Below are positions 1 to 8,846 of a DNA stretch of 61,053 bases, one piece after another. The notes beneath the pieces were generated by a model. That model was not told the DNA's origin, made no database searches, and saw only the letters and a list, made by a program, of their open reading frames with translations. Positions within the stretch are counted from its first letter, which is position 1. Every line of letters starts with the position of its first letter. Both the position numbers and the translations under genes were made by a program. The DNA is from a virus. The DNA is taken from the IMG/VR virus record IMGVR_UViG_3300027793_000007. One strand, written 5' to 3'.

Positions 1-127
1 CTACTGCAAACAGGTAAATGAAGATTTCATCATCTTCTGGTCATCTGGCGAGTTGGCGGAAGAAAACACGATGATTGGATACCACCGAGGTAAGCCAATA
101 ATCGTCACACGGCACGACTGCTACGGC
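1..127. repeat. terminal overlap, copy A (identical to 60927-61053)
   Basis: ctactgcaaacagg...cacgactgctacggc is present at both contig ends. The 127-nt length equals a common assembler k-mer, which implies a circular or circularly permuted genome. Confidence 0.9.
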
Positions 128-343
128 AGTCCCGTGTTCGATGTGGAAGGGTTGCAAAATCCTTCCGTCATCGAGGATGAAGATGGGGGGATCTTCATCA
201 ACGGAGTGCATTTCACCCCTATCGATAGGGGTGAATCGGCTGTATTCAATACAGTCGAAAACTGGGCGCGTCAGTGCGCCCACGCTGCTCAAGCGTTAGT
301 TGAGCAAAATGAAAAGGAGTTGATGATTGAACAATATGCTTAA
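1..343 (+). CDS. hypothetical protein, 3' part of the junction-spanning gene that starts at 60865
   Basis: The frame of track ORF 53..343 stays open back through the duplicated 127 nt to ATG 60865, which follows GGAGA. Confidence 0.6.
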   Translation, partial: YCKQVNEDFIIFWSSGELAEENTMIGYHRGKPIIVTRHDCYGSPVFDVEGLQNPSVIEDEDGGIFINGVHFTPIDRGESAVFNTVENWARQCAHAAQALVEQNEKELMIEQYA

Positions 344-572
344 TATCTTAGAAATCTTGGAAAAAAAGCGGAACATGGAAGATTTCGCAACATTCCGCAA
401 AAACATTTACCGCATTGGCAATGCGGTAAAGATGGTAGAAGCCACTGGCGACGTTCATCACCTTCGCATCGCCCTGGCCCAATCAGGGCTAGTGCAATTA
501 GAGGATGAGATCGCCGATCCTAAGTCCTTTTGCCGCAATTGGCGGCTGGCATTTGCACTTTTAATGCGCTAA
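327..572 (+). CDS. hypothetical protein (81 aa)
   Basis: Track ORF. TTG 327 lies 7 nt after AAGGAG; ATG 336 is an alternative start. Overlaps the upstream stop. Confidence 0.5.
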   Translation: MNNMLNILEILEKKRNMEDFATFRKNIYRIGNAVKMVEATGDVHHLRIALAQSGLVQLEDEIADPKSFCRNWRLAFALLMR

Positions 573-679
573 AGCCCTGACTCCACGGGCTTAAAACAAA
601 AGGAGTCGTCTCTGCGTCTGGCAGAGCGTGGCGGTATCACAACCCGCCGCAATGCAATTTTATCAGGAATACAAAAAAA

Positions 680-1216
680 ATGTTGCCAACCAAAAAGATT
701 GTAGTTACAGACCAATACATTGTAAAGCCCAATGGCGGCTGGAAAGGTGAAGCGCAGGACTACTGCGCTTGGGCGGTAGATTCTGAAGCCCAGGCTCTTG
801 CGAGAAGGATTTTGGACGAAGCTACCCTGCACGGGGGTTACTGGTTTACCCCAGTAACCGCTAAATCGGCTGCAATTGCAGCCGGGAGTGAGCACTCTGA
901 TGCTCTTAGAAGGAGCCCATTTTTGGGTGACTATCTCCTAGAAGGAGCAATCTTTGTCGGCTCCCACTGGGAGGCAGATGAAAATGGGGACTATCCCTAT
1001 GTAGACGAAAGCCAATTACTGGAAGCAGCCCAAAAAGCTGCCGAGCTGACGGGACTTCCGTTTGCCTTGGTGGAGCCTTGTGATTTCGTTGCAAGAACTG
1101 TTGAAGAGGCTGACCAAGCCCCTTGGAGAACGAGTCACTGGAGAAGGGGGGAGGCGTTTATGCTTTTCCACATTTGGGGAAAAAGCGAGATATTCCAGTA
1201 TCAGCGAGTCCGATGA
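680..1216 (+). CDS. hypothetical protein (178 aa)
   Basis: Track ORF with an ATG start. The competing antisense ORFs look like junk. Confidence 0.6.
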   Translation: MLPTKKIVVTDQYIVKPNGGWKGEAQDYCAWAVDSEAQALARRILDEATLHGGYWFTPVTAKSAAIAAGSEHSDALRRSPFLGDYLLEGAIFVGSHWEADENGDYPYVDESQLLEAAQKAAELTGLPFALVEPCDFVARTVEEADQAPWRTSHWRRGEAFMLFHIWGKSEIFQYQRVR

Positions 1217-1223
1217 TACAAAG

Positions 1224-1259
1224 ACCTATAGCATCACCACGATGTTGTAGGTTTTTTTT
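1224..1259 (+). terminator. weak hairpin plus T8 run between convergent genes
   Basis: accta...taggt followed by tttttttt. Confidence 0.3.
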
Positions 1260-1419
1260 ATTTCAGGTCATTACAAGCTGGCACTACATCAACAGCATTG
1301 CCCATTGTGTAATCACGTTTACGCTTCTTTTCGGTATGTGACACAGGAATTACATGGTCTAAACATTGCGCTGGAAGACCACAGTAAGTACAGAAAAGTT
1401 TAGTGTTGAGTTTTGCCAT
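1258..1419 (-). CDS. small HNH endonuclease
   Basis: CTYCG...LDHVIPVSH...GNAVDVVPACNDLK fits the C-x2-C / DH / N / CNxxK HNH pattern. Start moved to the internal ATG (MAKLNTK). Confidence 0.6.
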   Translation of the reverse strand: MAKLNTKLFCTYCGLPAQCLDHVIPVSHTEKKRKRDYTMGNAVDVVPACNDLK

Positions 1420-1494
1420 CTTAAAGCCTTTAGTTTTGAATATAAATTTACTACCACCCGAATTTAGAGTTACCTTGCCTCCTACCCCCATAAA

Positions 1495-2100
1495 CTAGCC
1501 CTCTCCGTTAATGTTTGTGTTGGCTAGTGAGTTCATAAGTTTCTCTAGTACGGCTAACACCTGATTAGTTAGGTTTATGTTTATGTTGATTGAGTCTATG
1601 ACAGTGACCTTTAGTTCTCTTAGGGATAGGAGTTCATTGTTGTGGGATTCGGAGTACTTTTTGAGTTCGTAGAGGATAGCGGTCTGGGCTTGTTGTGTTT
1701 CGCCTAGGAACCTAATTGCCTCAGTGAGAGTACCTATAGTTTCGATTAGGCTAGAGGTCTGTTCGCTATTAACCTCAGCTTGGTTAAGAGTTTTGGCGAT
1801 GAAGGTGTTGAGTAATTCGCCGGTAGACTTGACCGATGACTCTTGTTGCGAAAGGAGACTACCAAAGACACGACCTTCTAGCTCTAGCCCTTGCTGACCT
1901 TCCCTTAGCTTTAAAGCACGGTCTTCCATGGCTGCCTTAAGTTGGTAGTCAGCATACGCTTTGAGTATTGCGAGTAAGGCTGCTAGTCCAACACCGTACT
2001 GTCCTACCACAGACCAGAAAGGATCGGGTTGAGATATCTGACTATTTGCTGGTATTGGCTGTATTTGTTGGGTTGACTGAGCCATGATTGGATTGGACAT
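1495..2100 (-). CDS. hypothetical membrane-anchored coiled-coil protein
   Basis: Track ORF with an N-terminal hydrophobic segment (VGLAALLAILKAY) followed by heptad-like sequence. Confidence 0.55.
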   Translation of the reverse strand: MSNPIMAQSTQQIQPIPANSQISQPDPFWSVVGQYGVGLAALLAILKAYADYQLKAAMEDRALKLREGQQGLELEGRVFGSLLSQQESSVKSTGELLNTFIAKTLNQAEVNSEQTSSLIETIGTLTEAIRFLGETQQAQTAILYELKKYSESHNNELLSLRELKVTVIDSINININLTNQVLAVLEKLMNSLANTNINGEG

Positions 2101-2272
2101 TGGTATTCAGCCTAATTGTAGCAAGTTCAGCCCTTAAGTCTTCAATTTGTTGGGTTTGGTGGCTCATTTCGATGTGTTGTTGGAAGAGTACCACCACGAT
2201 GAAGATGGGTAGTACGGCGTTGAGTAGGAAAGACAAGAGTTCATAGTGGCGGCGTAAGTGTGGACGGCTCAT
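2042..2272 (-). CDS. hypothetical small membrane protein
   Basis: Track ORF with TM segment LLSFLLNAVLPIFIVVVLF. Confidence 0.45.
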   Translation of the reverse strand: MSRPHLRRHYELLSFLLNAVLPIFIVVVLFQQHIEMSHQTQQIEDLRAELATIRLNTNVQSNHGSVNPTNTANTSK

Positions 2273-2359
2273 TGGTGTGTGGGGCTTAACGATACACTTA
2301 TGTTACTACCCTACGGGGGTTTGTAAATGTTAAGAGGATTTTGGGCGGCTTCTCTACAG

Positions 2360-2378
2360 GACGCTACGCTAAGGGGAG
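2360..2378 (+). promoter_or_regulatory. phage promoter-like motif, copy 1
   Basis: gacgctacgctaaggggag, 19 nt upstream of ATG 2398. Confidence 0.6.
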
Positions 2379-2397
2379 TAAAGAATGAGGGAAGTTT

Positions 2398-2730
2398 ATG
2401 AATGACCAAGAGCCAGATGCACCAGATTACTACTACGACTGGATTAACACAAGCAATTTAACTTGGAAACAAAGGCTACAAGTTCGCGTAATGATTGGCT
2501 ATTTGGTAGCAAGAGGCTTTTCTGAATGGGGTACAGCCGATAGTCCAGAGTCAGAAGGCTCTTTTCTGTTGGTCTTATCTCGCCAAGCTAGATTTACCAT
2601 CGACTTTGCCGAATGGCCTACTAAGCTAGTCTTAAACCTTGGAGAAGGCTTGGGGACTGACTTTACAGTTGTCGTAGATGCTAATTCCATCCATGACAGC
2701 TACGAGTCTTTGAAAAAGCTACTTCCTTAA
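2398..2730 (+). CDS. hypothetical protein (110 aa)
   Basis: Track ORF with a motif copy and GGGAAG upstream. Confidence 0.6.
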   Translation: MNDQEPDAPDYYYDWINTSNLTWKQRLQVRVMIGYLVARGFSEWGTADSPESEGSFLLVLSRQARFTIDFAEWPTKLVLNLGEGLGTDFTVVVDANSIHDSYESLKKLLP

Positions 2731-2941
2731 ATGGGTCGTTTTATGGGACATGGGTCGTTTTGTTTTAAGAGAAACGACCCATGTCTATCCACCACAGAGC
2801 TTGGGTTTAAGGGTGATTGGGTCGGATGGGTCGGGGGTCTATACCCTTTTAGGATAGGGGTGAAATATGCTTTCGTTTCACTTTGTGTTTTGACCCTTTT
2901 TATATAAAGAATAAAGAATATATAACGACCCAACGACCCAT
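2731..2941. repeat. iteron cluster (ATGGGTCGTT-type, about 7 copies in both orientations); candidate replication origin
   Basis: Direct atgggtcgtttt at 2731 and 2750. Inverted aaacgacccat at 2772, giving a 12-bp perfect hairpin with 2749-2760. tgggtcgga/tgggtcggg at 2817-2836. aacgacccaacgacccat at 2924-2941. Confidence 0.6.
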
Positions 2942-2947
2942 TTTGCT

Positions 2948-5038
2948 CTAATCCTTACTCCATATACGTCTGTCGCGATAAACAGCTAATTTACATGGCT
3001 TTGAAGAATAACCCATGTTAGTCAGAATTGCCTTGACTTCAGCCGTGAAACCTTTTGGTATGGCTTTTCCTTGCCATATCTGAGCATTAAGAGCAGGGAT
3101 GAACACAAAGTCATAGCCCGTAGTATGCATGAACGTCTCAACAGCATTTCTTACCACTTCAAAGTAATCAGACTGGCAAATGTACTGCTGATTATCCCTA
3201 GTGGTGGTAGCAATTAGTCTATCGAAAGAACCTAGAGATGGGTTGGTTAATGCTTCTTGATAAGCGCTTGCCCAAATAGCATCAACATCAATTCTTAGCT
3301 GAGGAATGTTAACTCTAGTGCCAGTTGGAATCTTGCAGACCATCCATCTACGCTGTGAATAGGTATCAGAAAGAAACTGATAGTCTGTGGTAGTACCACC
3401 TATAACAAATGGGGTAGGTTTTTGTTCATCTCTCGATACATACATTACATTGTAATTAACGCATGGTTTAGTAATGAACTCGTTGATTTTGTCCCTGTTT
3501 TCTGCCTTGAGAACTAGAACCATTTCATCCCAAAAACATAGCCAGCTCTTAGTAAGTGCAGACTCGACTCCACTGTGGAAGCTAGACATAGAGTATATCC
3601 AAGACTTGAAGAATGCACTAAATGTAGCAGTCTTGCCACAGCCTGAGTTGCCAATTAATACTAGGCAAAAGGGGAAGTCAGTAAACTCTTCTTCATTGAT
3701 TTGCCTAAGCACTGCTGCCTTCAGAAACAAAGAGAAATACTCGTCCTCTTGCTCAGTCCCACCCCAGTATTTACTAGCAATATTAGTGTGGGAAATCCCT
3801 TGTTTAACCTTGCAAGACTGCAGGTATTCAATAATAGGATTGTAACTATTCTCTAGGGCTACATGGTCAACAATTAAAGGTGCATCCCATCTAGGCATAG
3901 AAATATTAGTCTGAGTTCTAACCTTGGCAATGATTTGGTTAATAGTCTTTTTCTCACCTTTGAACTCATGCCTATTGAGAAGCTTGTTGTATCTGATAGA
4001 GCCTTTAGCCCATTCAGTTAAGGCGTTGACAGCATTGCTAAATGGGTTGTCAATAACTTCAGTAGGATCGTTGTCTAGATGATCCCATGTACCACTAGAG
4101 CTAGGTAGATACTTAGCATTAGTAGAGCGCCAGCCACAGTCATAAGCCCATCTAAAGATAGATTTGTAGGTATAGCCACCTTGATAGCCTTCACCTTGCC
4201 ATTGTGACCATCTATAGGCAAAGTTACATCTAATAGACTTAGGTGACTGCTCAGACCATCTAACCCAATCATCAAAGAGTGATTCAGATGTAGCTTTAAG
4301 AGCCATTCCCACCTTGTGCCACCCATCCTCATCGTCAAGGTACTGAGGTGAGTTAATAGCCATTAATGCTGACCTAACTTCATCTAACAACTCACTCTCA
4401 GACTTAGTTGTTTTGACCTTAGACGGCTTAGTTTTAGTTGTAGGAGTAATAGGTTGGTAGTGCCGTTCTAGCGGCTTAGCAATTTCGTCTAGTGTGTAGG
4501 TATAGCCAGTGTGTTTAGCAATGGTAGATACATAGCCCGTCTTAGGGTGGACACCACCAGCTAGCCTCATTAGCCGAGCAGGGTTAACTAGTTTTGTATC
4601 AGCTTTAAGTACATTAACTAGCATTGTCTGAACTAATACCCATTGTTCAGGGTCTACAGGTTTAGATAGGACATAGTAGGAATGAACAGATTTACCACCC
4701 GTGTCTACTTGGATGGTAGGTTCTGGCAGTCCATACTTTTGCCACATAGACATAGACTCTTCCTTAGAAATGTCATCATGCTCATAGAACAGGGCATAGC
4801 TTTGGGTAACATCTTTGTCCTTATAAGCGCGGTTAGGACAATAAAATATATTGAGTTGCTTAGCCTCTTGCTGACTAATCCCTAGGTAATCAACATCAGG
4901 ATACACAAAAGATAGCTTTCTAGATGTCTTGCCTTTGCCACCATCTATAGGTAGGCAATTAAGAAGCACCGTATCCCCTTCAACAAAACCCAACGCACTC
5001 AAGTGAGTTAACGCATCTTGTACAGTAGTTTTATCCAT
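2948..5038 (-). CDS. bifunctional AEP primase-polymerase / SF3 (D5/P4-type) helicase
   Basis: AEP motifs FYEHDD, GGKSVHSYYVL and ARLMRLAGGVHPKTG. PriCT-like DDEDGWHKVGMALK. Walker A GNSGCGKT and Walker B CFWDE. Confidence 0.9.
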   Translation of the reverse strand: MDKTTVQDALTHLSALGFVEGDTVLLNCLPIDGGKGKTSRKLSFVYPDVDYLGISQQEAKQLNIFYCPNRAYKDKDVTQSYALFYEHDDISKEESMSMWQKYGLPEPTIQVDTGGKSVHSYYVLSKPVDPEQWVLVQTMLVNVLKADTKLVNPARLMRLAGGVHPKTGYVSTIAKHTGYTYTLDEIAKPLERHYQPITPTTKTKPSKVKTTKSESELLDEVRSALMAINSPQYLDDEDGWHKVGMALKATSESLFDDWVRWSEQSPKSIRCNFAYRWSQWQGEGYQGGYTYKSIFRWAYDCGWRSTNAKYLPSSSGTWDHLDNDPTEVIDNPFSNAVNALTEWAKGSIRYNKLLNRHEFKGEKKTINQIIAKVRTQTNISMPRWDAPLIVDHVALENSYNPIIEYLQSCKVKQGISHTNIASKYWGGTEQEDEYFSLFLKAAVLRQINEEEFTDFPFCLVLIGNSGCGKTATFSAFFKSWIYSMSSFHSGVESALTKSWLCFWDEMVLVLKAENRDKINEFITKPCVNYNVMYVSRDEQKPTPFVIGGTTTDYQFLSDTYSQRRWMVCKIPTGTRVNIPQLRIDVDAIWASAYQEALTNPSLGSFDRLIATTTRDNQQYICQSDYFEVVRNAVETFMHTTGYDFVFIPALNAQIWQGKAIPKGFTAEVKAILTNMGYSSKPCKLAVYRDRRIWSKD

Positions 5039-5183
5039 TGTCCATAGCCTCGACTCTAGACATTAAATCTTCAGCTACTTTGCCTTGTGTAGTCTTAACC
5101 TCGGCATTGTACTTATCAATAATCAAACGCACTACAGGCACAAGTGGCTCTGGGATTCGTATAGCAGGATTTCCCTTGCTCAT
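5031..5183 (-). CDS. hypothetical small protein (50 aa)
   Basis: Track ORF trimmed to internal ATG (MSKGNPAIRIP). Overlaps the primase start by 8 nt. Confidence 0.45.
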   Translation of the reverse strand: MSKGNPAIRIPEPLVPVVRLIIDKYNAEVKTTQGKVAEDLMSRVEAMDNG

Positions 5184-5223
5184 ATCTACCTCTGTTACAA
5201 TACTGTTGCACCAGTGTAGCACA

Positions 5224-5244
5224 GACGCTACGCTCTCAGGTTAA
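5224..5244 (+). promoter_or_regulatory. phage promoter-like motif, copy 2 (degenerate 3' half)
   Basis: gacgctacgctctcaggttaa, 73 nt upstream of ATG 5318. Confidence 0.45.
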
Positions 5245-5283
5245 TGGAGAATACTTAACTTTTAAGTGGGCTGATTGACCGTG

Positions 5284-5319
5284 ATAGGATTAGGTTTATT
5301 AACAACGACCTAATCCTAT
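5284..5319 (+). promoter_or_regulatory. perfect 12-bp inverted repeat that includes the start codon of the 760-aa gene
   Basis: ataggattaggt (5284-5295) pairs with acctaatcctat (5308-5319). The last two bases are the AT of ATG 5318. Confidence 0.6.
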
Positions 5320-7600
5320 GTATCGTTACTTCCTTAACACCTATCGCAACTCTATACCCACTGGACTACCAGCTAGATTGGTTGACCCTACTCTAAGGAC
5401 TATAGGTGAGCAACCACAGTTCTTGCGGATAGGTGAAGGCGACCATCCTACAAATGAGTTACTAAGGAAGGTCTATCAGCAACCTAGTAAGGATGTAGTT
5501 AGAACTAAGGTGTTGGGTGAGATATACCCGCCTACTGACACAGACCCATACCTTCGTAGACCAGATAACATTGCTGCTATTAGGACTGCATCAGAACAAT
5601 TAGGTATTCCATTAGAACGGACTGGTTTAAGGATAGCTACAAATCCTTTTAGGTTAGAGGGTGAAGTATCTGATGTGAATCTACTTGCACAGATAACTAA
5701 TAGGGCTGCTGGTAATCTACAGCGCAGTGGCAAGCCTGTACTTGCTAACGCCTTAACTCGCAAAGCTAAATTCTTTAGCCAACCTACAAGCTACAGCGAA
5801 ATAGCTGTAGATGGCACTGAAGGGGTTGAAGCTATTCTTGAGGCTTATAAAAAAGCTGAACCTAGAAGGACTGCCAACTCTCAGGGGAACAGACCTATCC
5901 TCATGCAAGCAGATGGGCTAGACCCTAACATTGGCATTCCTAGTGGTAGTCCTGAAAATATACCTTGGGATAACATTGAGGGCATGAGAGGTCATAATGC
6001 TTATAAACCAGCAGATGAACTTAAGCGTCCTAGATTTATTGACCTAGGCACGGGCATCTACACAAGGTCAGGTGAACGCATCAATGCAGAGCAGAAGAAC
6101 CTACTTGATATGGGATTGGCTGACCTTGAGGATAGAAGTTTTATATTGCGTGACCCTGCTAGTGTTAATCAAGTACCTGTTAGAGCAATGGCTTCAGCAC
6201 TACCTCCAAACTATTATTCTCAGAGAGATAGGAATATCCCTGCCACCCCAGAATCAATTCCCCCTACTAGAATGACTAGGGATATTAACAATACTCCTAT
6301 CTATTACAGTGAATTGCCAGCTAACTACTATGGTGTTAAGAGAGATATCCCTGATGAAGACAGGGCTAAGTATACTCTTCAGCCAGTCAAAGGTAATTGG
6401 GCTACAGGGGTAACAGTTATTGATGAAACCAAGGCATTAACAGATGAGATTGGTAGCATCATTGGCTATAGACCTACTGCTGAAGAGTATCGTAAATCCA
6501 AGAGACTTGGCTTTGAAGTACTTGGCGTAGGGCGGCAAGATACATCAACTCTTAATATCCCAGAGAAGGTTAGCTACTCTCTAGAAGATGGTGTAACTAC
6601 AAAGAATCTATGGGGGACAGAAGTAGAAATTCCTACAGGAAGACAAGCAATCAATACCTATGTTGAGCCTAGTCAGACTAAAGAGATAACTGCTGTTACT
6701 CCTGTTAGAAGAATGTCCGATAGTATGTCAGACCGTATTCTTGCTGACCCTAATTACCTTTTACATCTTAAGCAGAATGTTGAACCATTCAAGTCTGCTA
6801 GTACACCTCAATACTACCTAGACCAGAGCAAAGACTTTGTTGGCCCTATTCGTGTTGCTAAGAACAATACCTACGGAGTTACGCAAGGGAAGACACCTTG
6901 GAGAGAATACTACTCAGATCCATTTGTGTATGAAGATAAAGGATTAGATGGTGAAGTATCTAGACTAGTCAAAGCTGTCAATGAAGCACCAGCACAGCTA
7001 GAGAATGCTTTATCTGATCAAGCTTTAGCTAACCGTAAGGTCTTTGATATTGAACAAAAGATTGCGTATGTACCTTCTTTAAATAGGATAGCTAAAGGAT
7101 CAAAGAAAGGCGATCAATCCATAACAGCTAGTCCTGAAGCTATTATAGATTGGGTTGAAGCTCGTGAAACTATTAGACCTATTGTTGCCCCATTGCAAAA
7201 AGAAAGGCGTATGGCTGAGGTTGAAGCAGCTAAAGCACAAGATAGGATAGCAGAACTTAGAGCAGCACAAGAGCTAATGGGTGTTGAGTATATGGTTAAG
7301 CCTAAGCTATGGGGTGAGGACGTGCTAAGCGGCTATCAACAAGGCAGCAGAACTATTGGGGGCATTCGTGATTCTAATGAAACGCCTATCAACAACAAAT
7401 TTACAGAAGCTATTGATGATGAGATAAAAGTATCTAGGATTGCGTCTCAACCTACTATGCCTATTGAGATGCAAAGGAAAGCTATTAGTGTTAAACCTAA
7501 TGCAGTACAAGCATGGAGAGAAGCTATTCAACAAGAAGCTTTAGATAACCGCAGAGACTATGACATAGCATCACTCTTTGGTTTCTCAGGTAATTACTAA
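5318..7600 (+). CDS. hypothetical large protein (760 aa)
   Basis: Long uninterrupted track ORF. No motif recognised. Confidence 0.7.
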   Translation: MYRYFLNTYRNSIPTGLPARLVDPTLRTIGEQPQFLRIGEGDHPTNELLRKVYQQPSKDVVRTKVLGEIYPPTDTDPYLRRPDNIAAIRTASEQLGIPLERTGLRIATNPFRLEGEVSDVNLLAQITNRAAGNLQRSGKPVLANALTRKAKFFSQPTSYSEIAVDGTEGVEAILEAYKKAEPRRTANSQGNRPILMQADGLDPNIGIPSGSPENIPWDNIEGMRGHNAYKPADELKRPRFIDLGTGIYTRSGERINAEQKNLLDMGLADLEDRSFILRDPASVNQVPVRAMASALPPNYYSQRDRNIPATPESIPPTRMTRDINNTPIYYSELPANYYGVKRDIPDEDRAKYTLQPVKGNWATGVTVIDETKALTDEIGSIIGYRPTAEEYRKSKRLGFEVLGVGRQDTSTLNIPEKVSYSLEDGVTTKNLWGTEVEIPTGRQAINTYVEPSQTKEITAVTPVRRMSDSMSDRILADPNYLLHLKQNVEPFKSASTPQYYLDQSKDFVGPIRVAKNNTYGVTQGKTPWREYYSDPFVYEDKGLDGEVSRLVKAVNEAPAQLENALSDQALANRKVFDIEQKIAYVPSLNRIAKGSKKGDQSITASPEAIIDWVEARETIRPIVAPLQKERRMAEVEAAKAQDRIAELRAAQELMGVEYMVKPKLWGEDVLSGYQQGSRTIGGIRDSNETPINNKFTEAIDDEIKVSRIASQPTMPIEMQRKAISVKPNAVQAWREAIQQEALDNRRDYDIASLFGFSGNY

Positions 7601-7620
7601 GACGCTACGCTATAGGATAA
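7601..7620 (+). promoter_or_regulatory. phage promoter-like motif, copy 3
   Basis: gacgctacgctataggataa, 18 nt upstream of ATG 7639. Confidence 0.6.
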
Positions 7621-7638
7621 CTTTACTTTGGAGTTAAC

Positions 7639-8004
7639 ATGACAGTTAATGTAGAACTATTACAAAAGACCTTGGATGCTATCAAGGCTAACCCGCAACA
7701 CTGGAAACAATCACGATGGCATTGTGGTACATCGCATTGCTTTGCTGGTTTTGCTGAGTTGATAGATAGAGGGTTACCTATTGATACGCACGAAGACATT
7801 CTAAGAGACGAGCCTGAGTTCTTCTCCCCCTATTACTCAGATTGGAACACGCCATCTCATGCTAGAGAAATCCTAGGCTTAGAAAATAATGACGCTACAG
7901 AGCTATTCTGGAGTTACAACAGTTTGAGCCGCCTTGAGTCCCTTGTCGCTCACCTTATTGAACATGGCAATTTACAAGAGTATGAAGGAGGAAGAAGACA
8001 ATGA
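7639..8004 (+). CDS. hypothetical protein (121 aa)
   Basis: Track ORF; starts MTVN like several other small genes. Confidence 0.6.
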   Translation: MTVNVELLQKTLDAIKANPQHWKQSRWHCGTSHCFAGFAELIDRGLPIDTHEDILRDEPEFFSPYYSDWNTPSHAREILGLENNDATELFWSYNSLSRLESLVAHLIEHGNLQEYEGGRRQ

Positions 8005-8177
8005 ACAGTAGATACACAATAGAACAAATCACATCCCACCACATTCATCGCTACTCAAATGTCTCGCCTAGAGATATTGGACTGTGGGTGTACATCATTG
8101 ATGGTAGAGCCTATGGGTTTTCTATTACCAAAGAGGGCGCTAGGGATAAAGCTGAATTGGCGGTAGGGGCATTATGA
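8001..8177 (+). CDS. hypothetical small protein (58 aa), paralog of 8174..8344
   Basis: Hand-translated, below the track cutoff. ATGA overlap with the upstream gene. Shares DIGLW...G..YGF..TKE with its neighbour. Confidence 0.5.
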   Translation: MNSRYTIEQITSHHIHRYSNVSPRDIGLWVYIIDGRAYGFSITKEGARDKAELAVGAL

Positions 8178-8344
8178 CAATCCCCACTGTCTTCCAAATA
8201 ACACCTGAGATGGTTGAAGCTAGTTCTACCTTGGAAAAAGGGGATATAGGGTTATGGTGCTTCCTTGTTAAAGGTTGTTATCATGGCTTTTGTTCTACCA
8301 AAGGGGAGGCTTATCTTAGGGCTAAAGCTATCTTCACAGACTAA
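8174..8344 (+). CDS. hypothetical small protein (56 aa), paralog of 8001..8177
   Basis: Hand-translated; ATGA overlap; DIGLWCFLVKGCYHGFCSTKGEA. Confidence 0.5.
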   Translation: MTIPTVFQITPEMVEASSTLEKGDIGLWCFLVKGCYHGFCSTKGEAYLRAKAIFTD

Positions 8345-8347
8345 GGT

Positions 8348-8366
8348 AAGCTACGCGATTAGATAG
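8348..8366 (+). promoter_or_regulatory. phage promoter-like motif, copy 4 (variant)
   Basis: aagctacgcgattagatag, 15 nt upstream of ATG 8382. Confidence 0.5.
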
Positions 8367-8381
8367 AGTTTGGAAAACCCT

Positions 8382-8543
8382 ATGGTCGCAATTAATCCAA
8401 TGAGAGGTAAGCGTAATATCAAACAGCTTACCCTAGACTTCTTTGTCAATCCACATCAACTAGAACTAGATGAGTGTGAAGAGATTATCAATTTAAGAAG
8501 ACTAGCTAAGTGGAGAGAGAAAGATGCTAAGTCTGACTCTTGA
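8382..8543 (+). CDS. hypothetical small protein (53 aa)
   Basis: Hand-translated ORF directly downstream of a motif copy. Confidence 0.45.
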   Translation: MVAINPMRGKRNIKQLTLDFFVNPHQLELDECEEIINLRRLAKWREKDAKSDS

Positions 8544-8561
8544 GTATCATATCTATCCCGT

Positions 8562-8581
8562 AGCGCTACGCTATTGGATAG
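8562..8581 (+). promoter_or_regulatory. phage promoter-like motif, copy 5
   Basis: agcgctacgctattggatag, 17 nt upstream of ATG 8599. A left arm ctatcc lies upstream. Confidence 0.6.
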
Positions 8582-8598
8582 AACTATGGAGAACTACC

Positions 8599-8784
8599 AT
8601 GAACGCAATGAATTTAGCTATTACATTTCTTTTAGTGTTCTATTTTCTAGCAGTAGCAGAACGATTCACTCAACCAGAACTAATCAATGATGATGGTGAG
8701 TCTGAGGGTTTAGACCAATACTATGAGCAACAATATCGTGACTATACCTTAGCTGCTGACAAAGGCTATATAGGTGACTTCTAG
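8599..8784 (+). CDS. hypothetical small membrane protein (61 aa)
   Basis: Track ORF 8524 trimmed to the ATG after the motif. TM segment LAITFLLVFYFLAV. Confidence 0.55.
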   Translation: MNAMNLAITFLLVFYFLAVAERFTQPELINDDGESEGLDQYYEQQYRDYTLAADKGYIGDF

Positions 8785-8802
8785 TGTTAAGACTAATCTG
8801 CT

Positions 8803-8822
8803 AGCGCTACGCTGGTGGATAG
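8803..8822 (+). promoter_or_regulatory. phage promoter-like motif, copy 6
   Basis: agcgctacgctggtggatag, 24 nt upstream of ATG 8847. Confidence 0.6.
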
Positions 8823-8846
8823 TTTATTAAATTGCAAAGGAACAAT

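Noticed and set aside
1-127. 127-bp direct terminal repeat as a biological DTR
   Set aside because: An exact 127-nt duplication at contig ends is what k=127 de Bruijn assemblers leave on circular paths, and a gene reads straight through it. I treat it as closure evidence only. The true termini or pac site must come from read data.
2841-2860. ataccctttt aggatagggg resembling the CRISPR repeat core (aaacccttttagggatt)
   Set aside because: Only about 13 nt match, the ATTGAAAC handle is missing, and it lies inside the iteron cluster. Probably chance.
2727-2933. Track ORF (68 aa, reverse strand) in the gap after the primase gene
   Set aside because: It lies entirely within the iteron cluster, its composition follows from the repeats, and it has no start context. 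Most likely spurious.
3474-4885. ORFs 3474..3845, 4075..4338 and 4682..4885 within the primase-helicase gene
   Set aside because: They are nested in, or antisense to, a gene with multiple recognisable catalytic motifs. The same reasoning applies to other nested track ORFs: 41..292, 569..895, 906..1094, 1062..1250, 1123..1341, 2499..2690, 5038..5244, 5476..5763, 6072..6275, 7325..7534, 10390..10572, 13297..13611, 14114..14296, 14496..14699, 15027..15218, 16933..17187, 17277..17507, 18114..18687, 18961..19149, 20941..21174, 22748..23047, 23737..24221, 25443..25911, 26320..26541, 28967..29161, 31139..31423, 34200..34523, 34758..34955, 38823..39050, 40866..41072, 41642..42138, 42593..43221, 46938..47189, 47459..47656, 49488..49676, 50954..51522, 53829..54020, 56219..56428, 57174..57386, 57656..58404 and 59387..59922.
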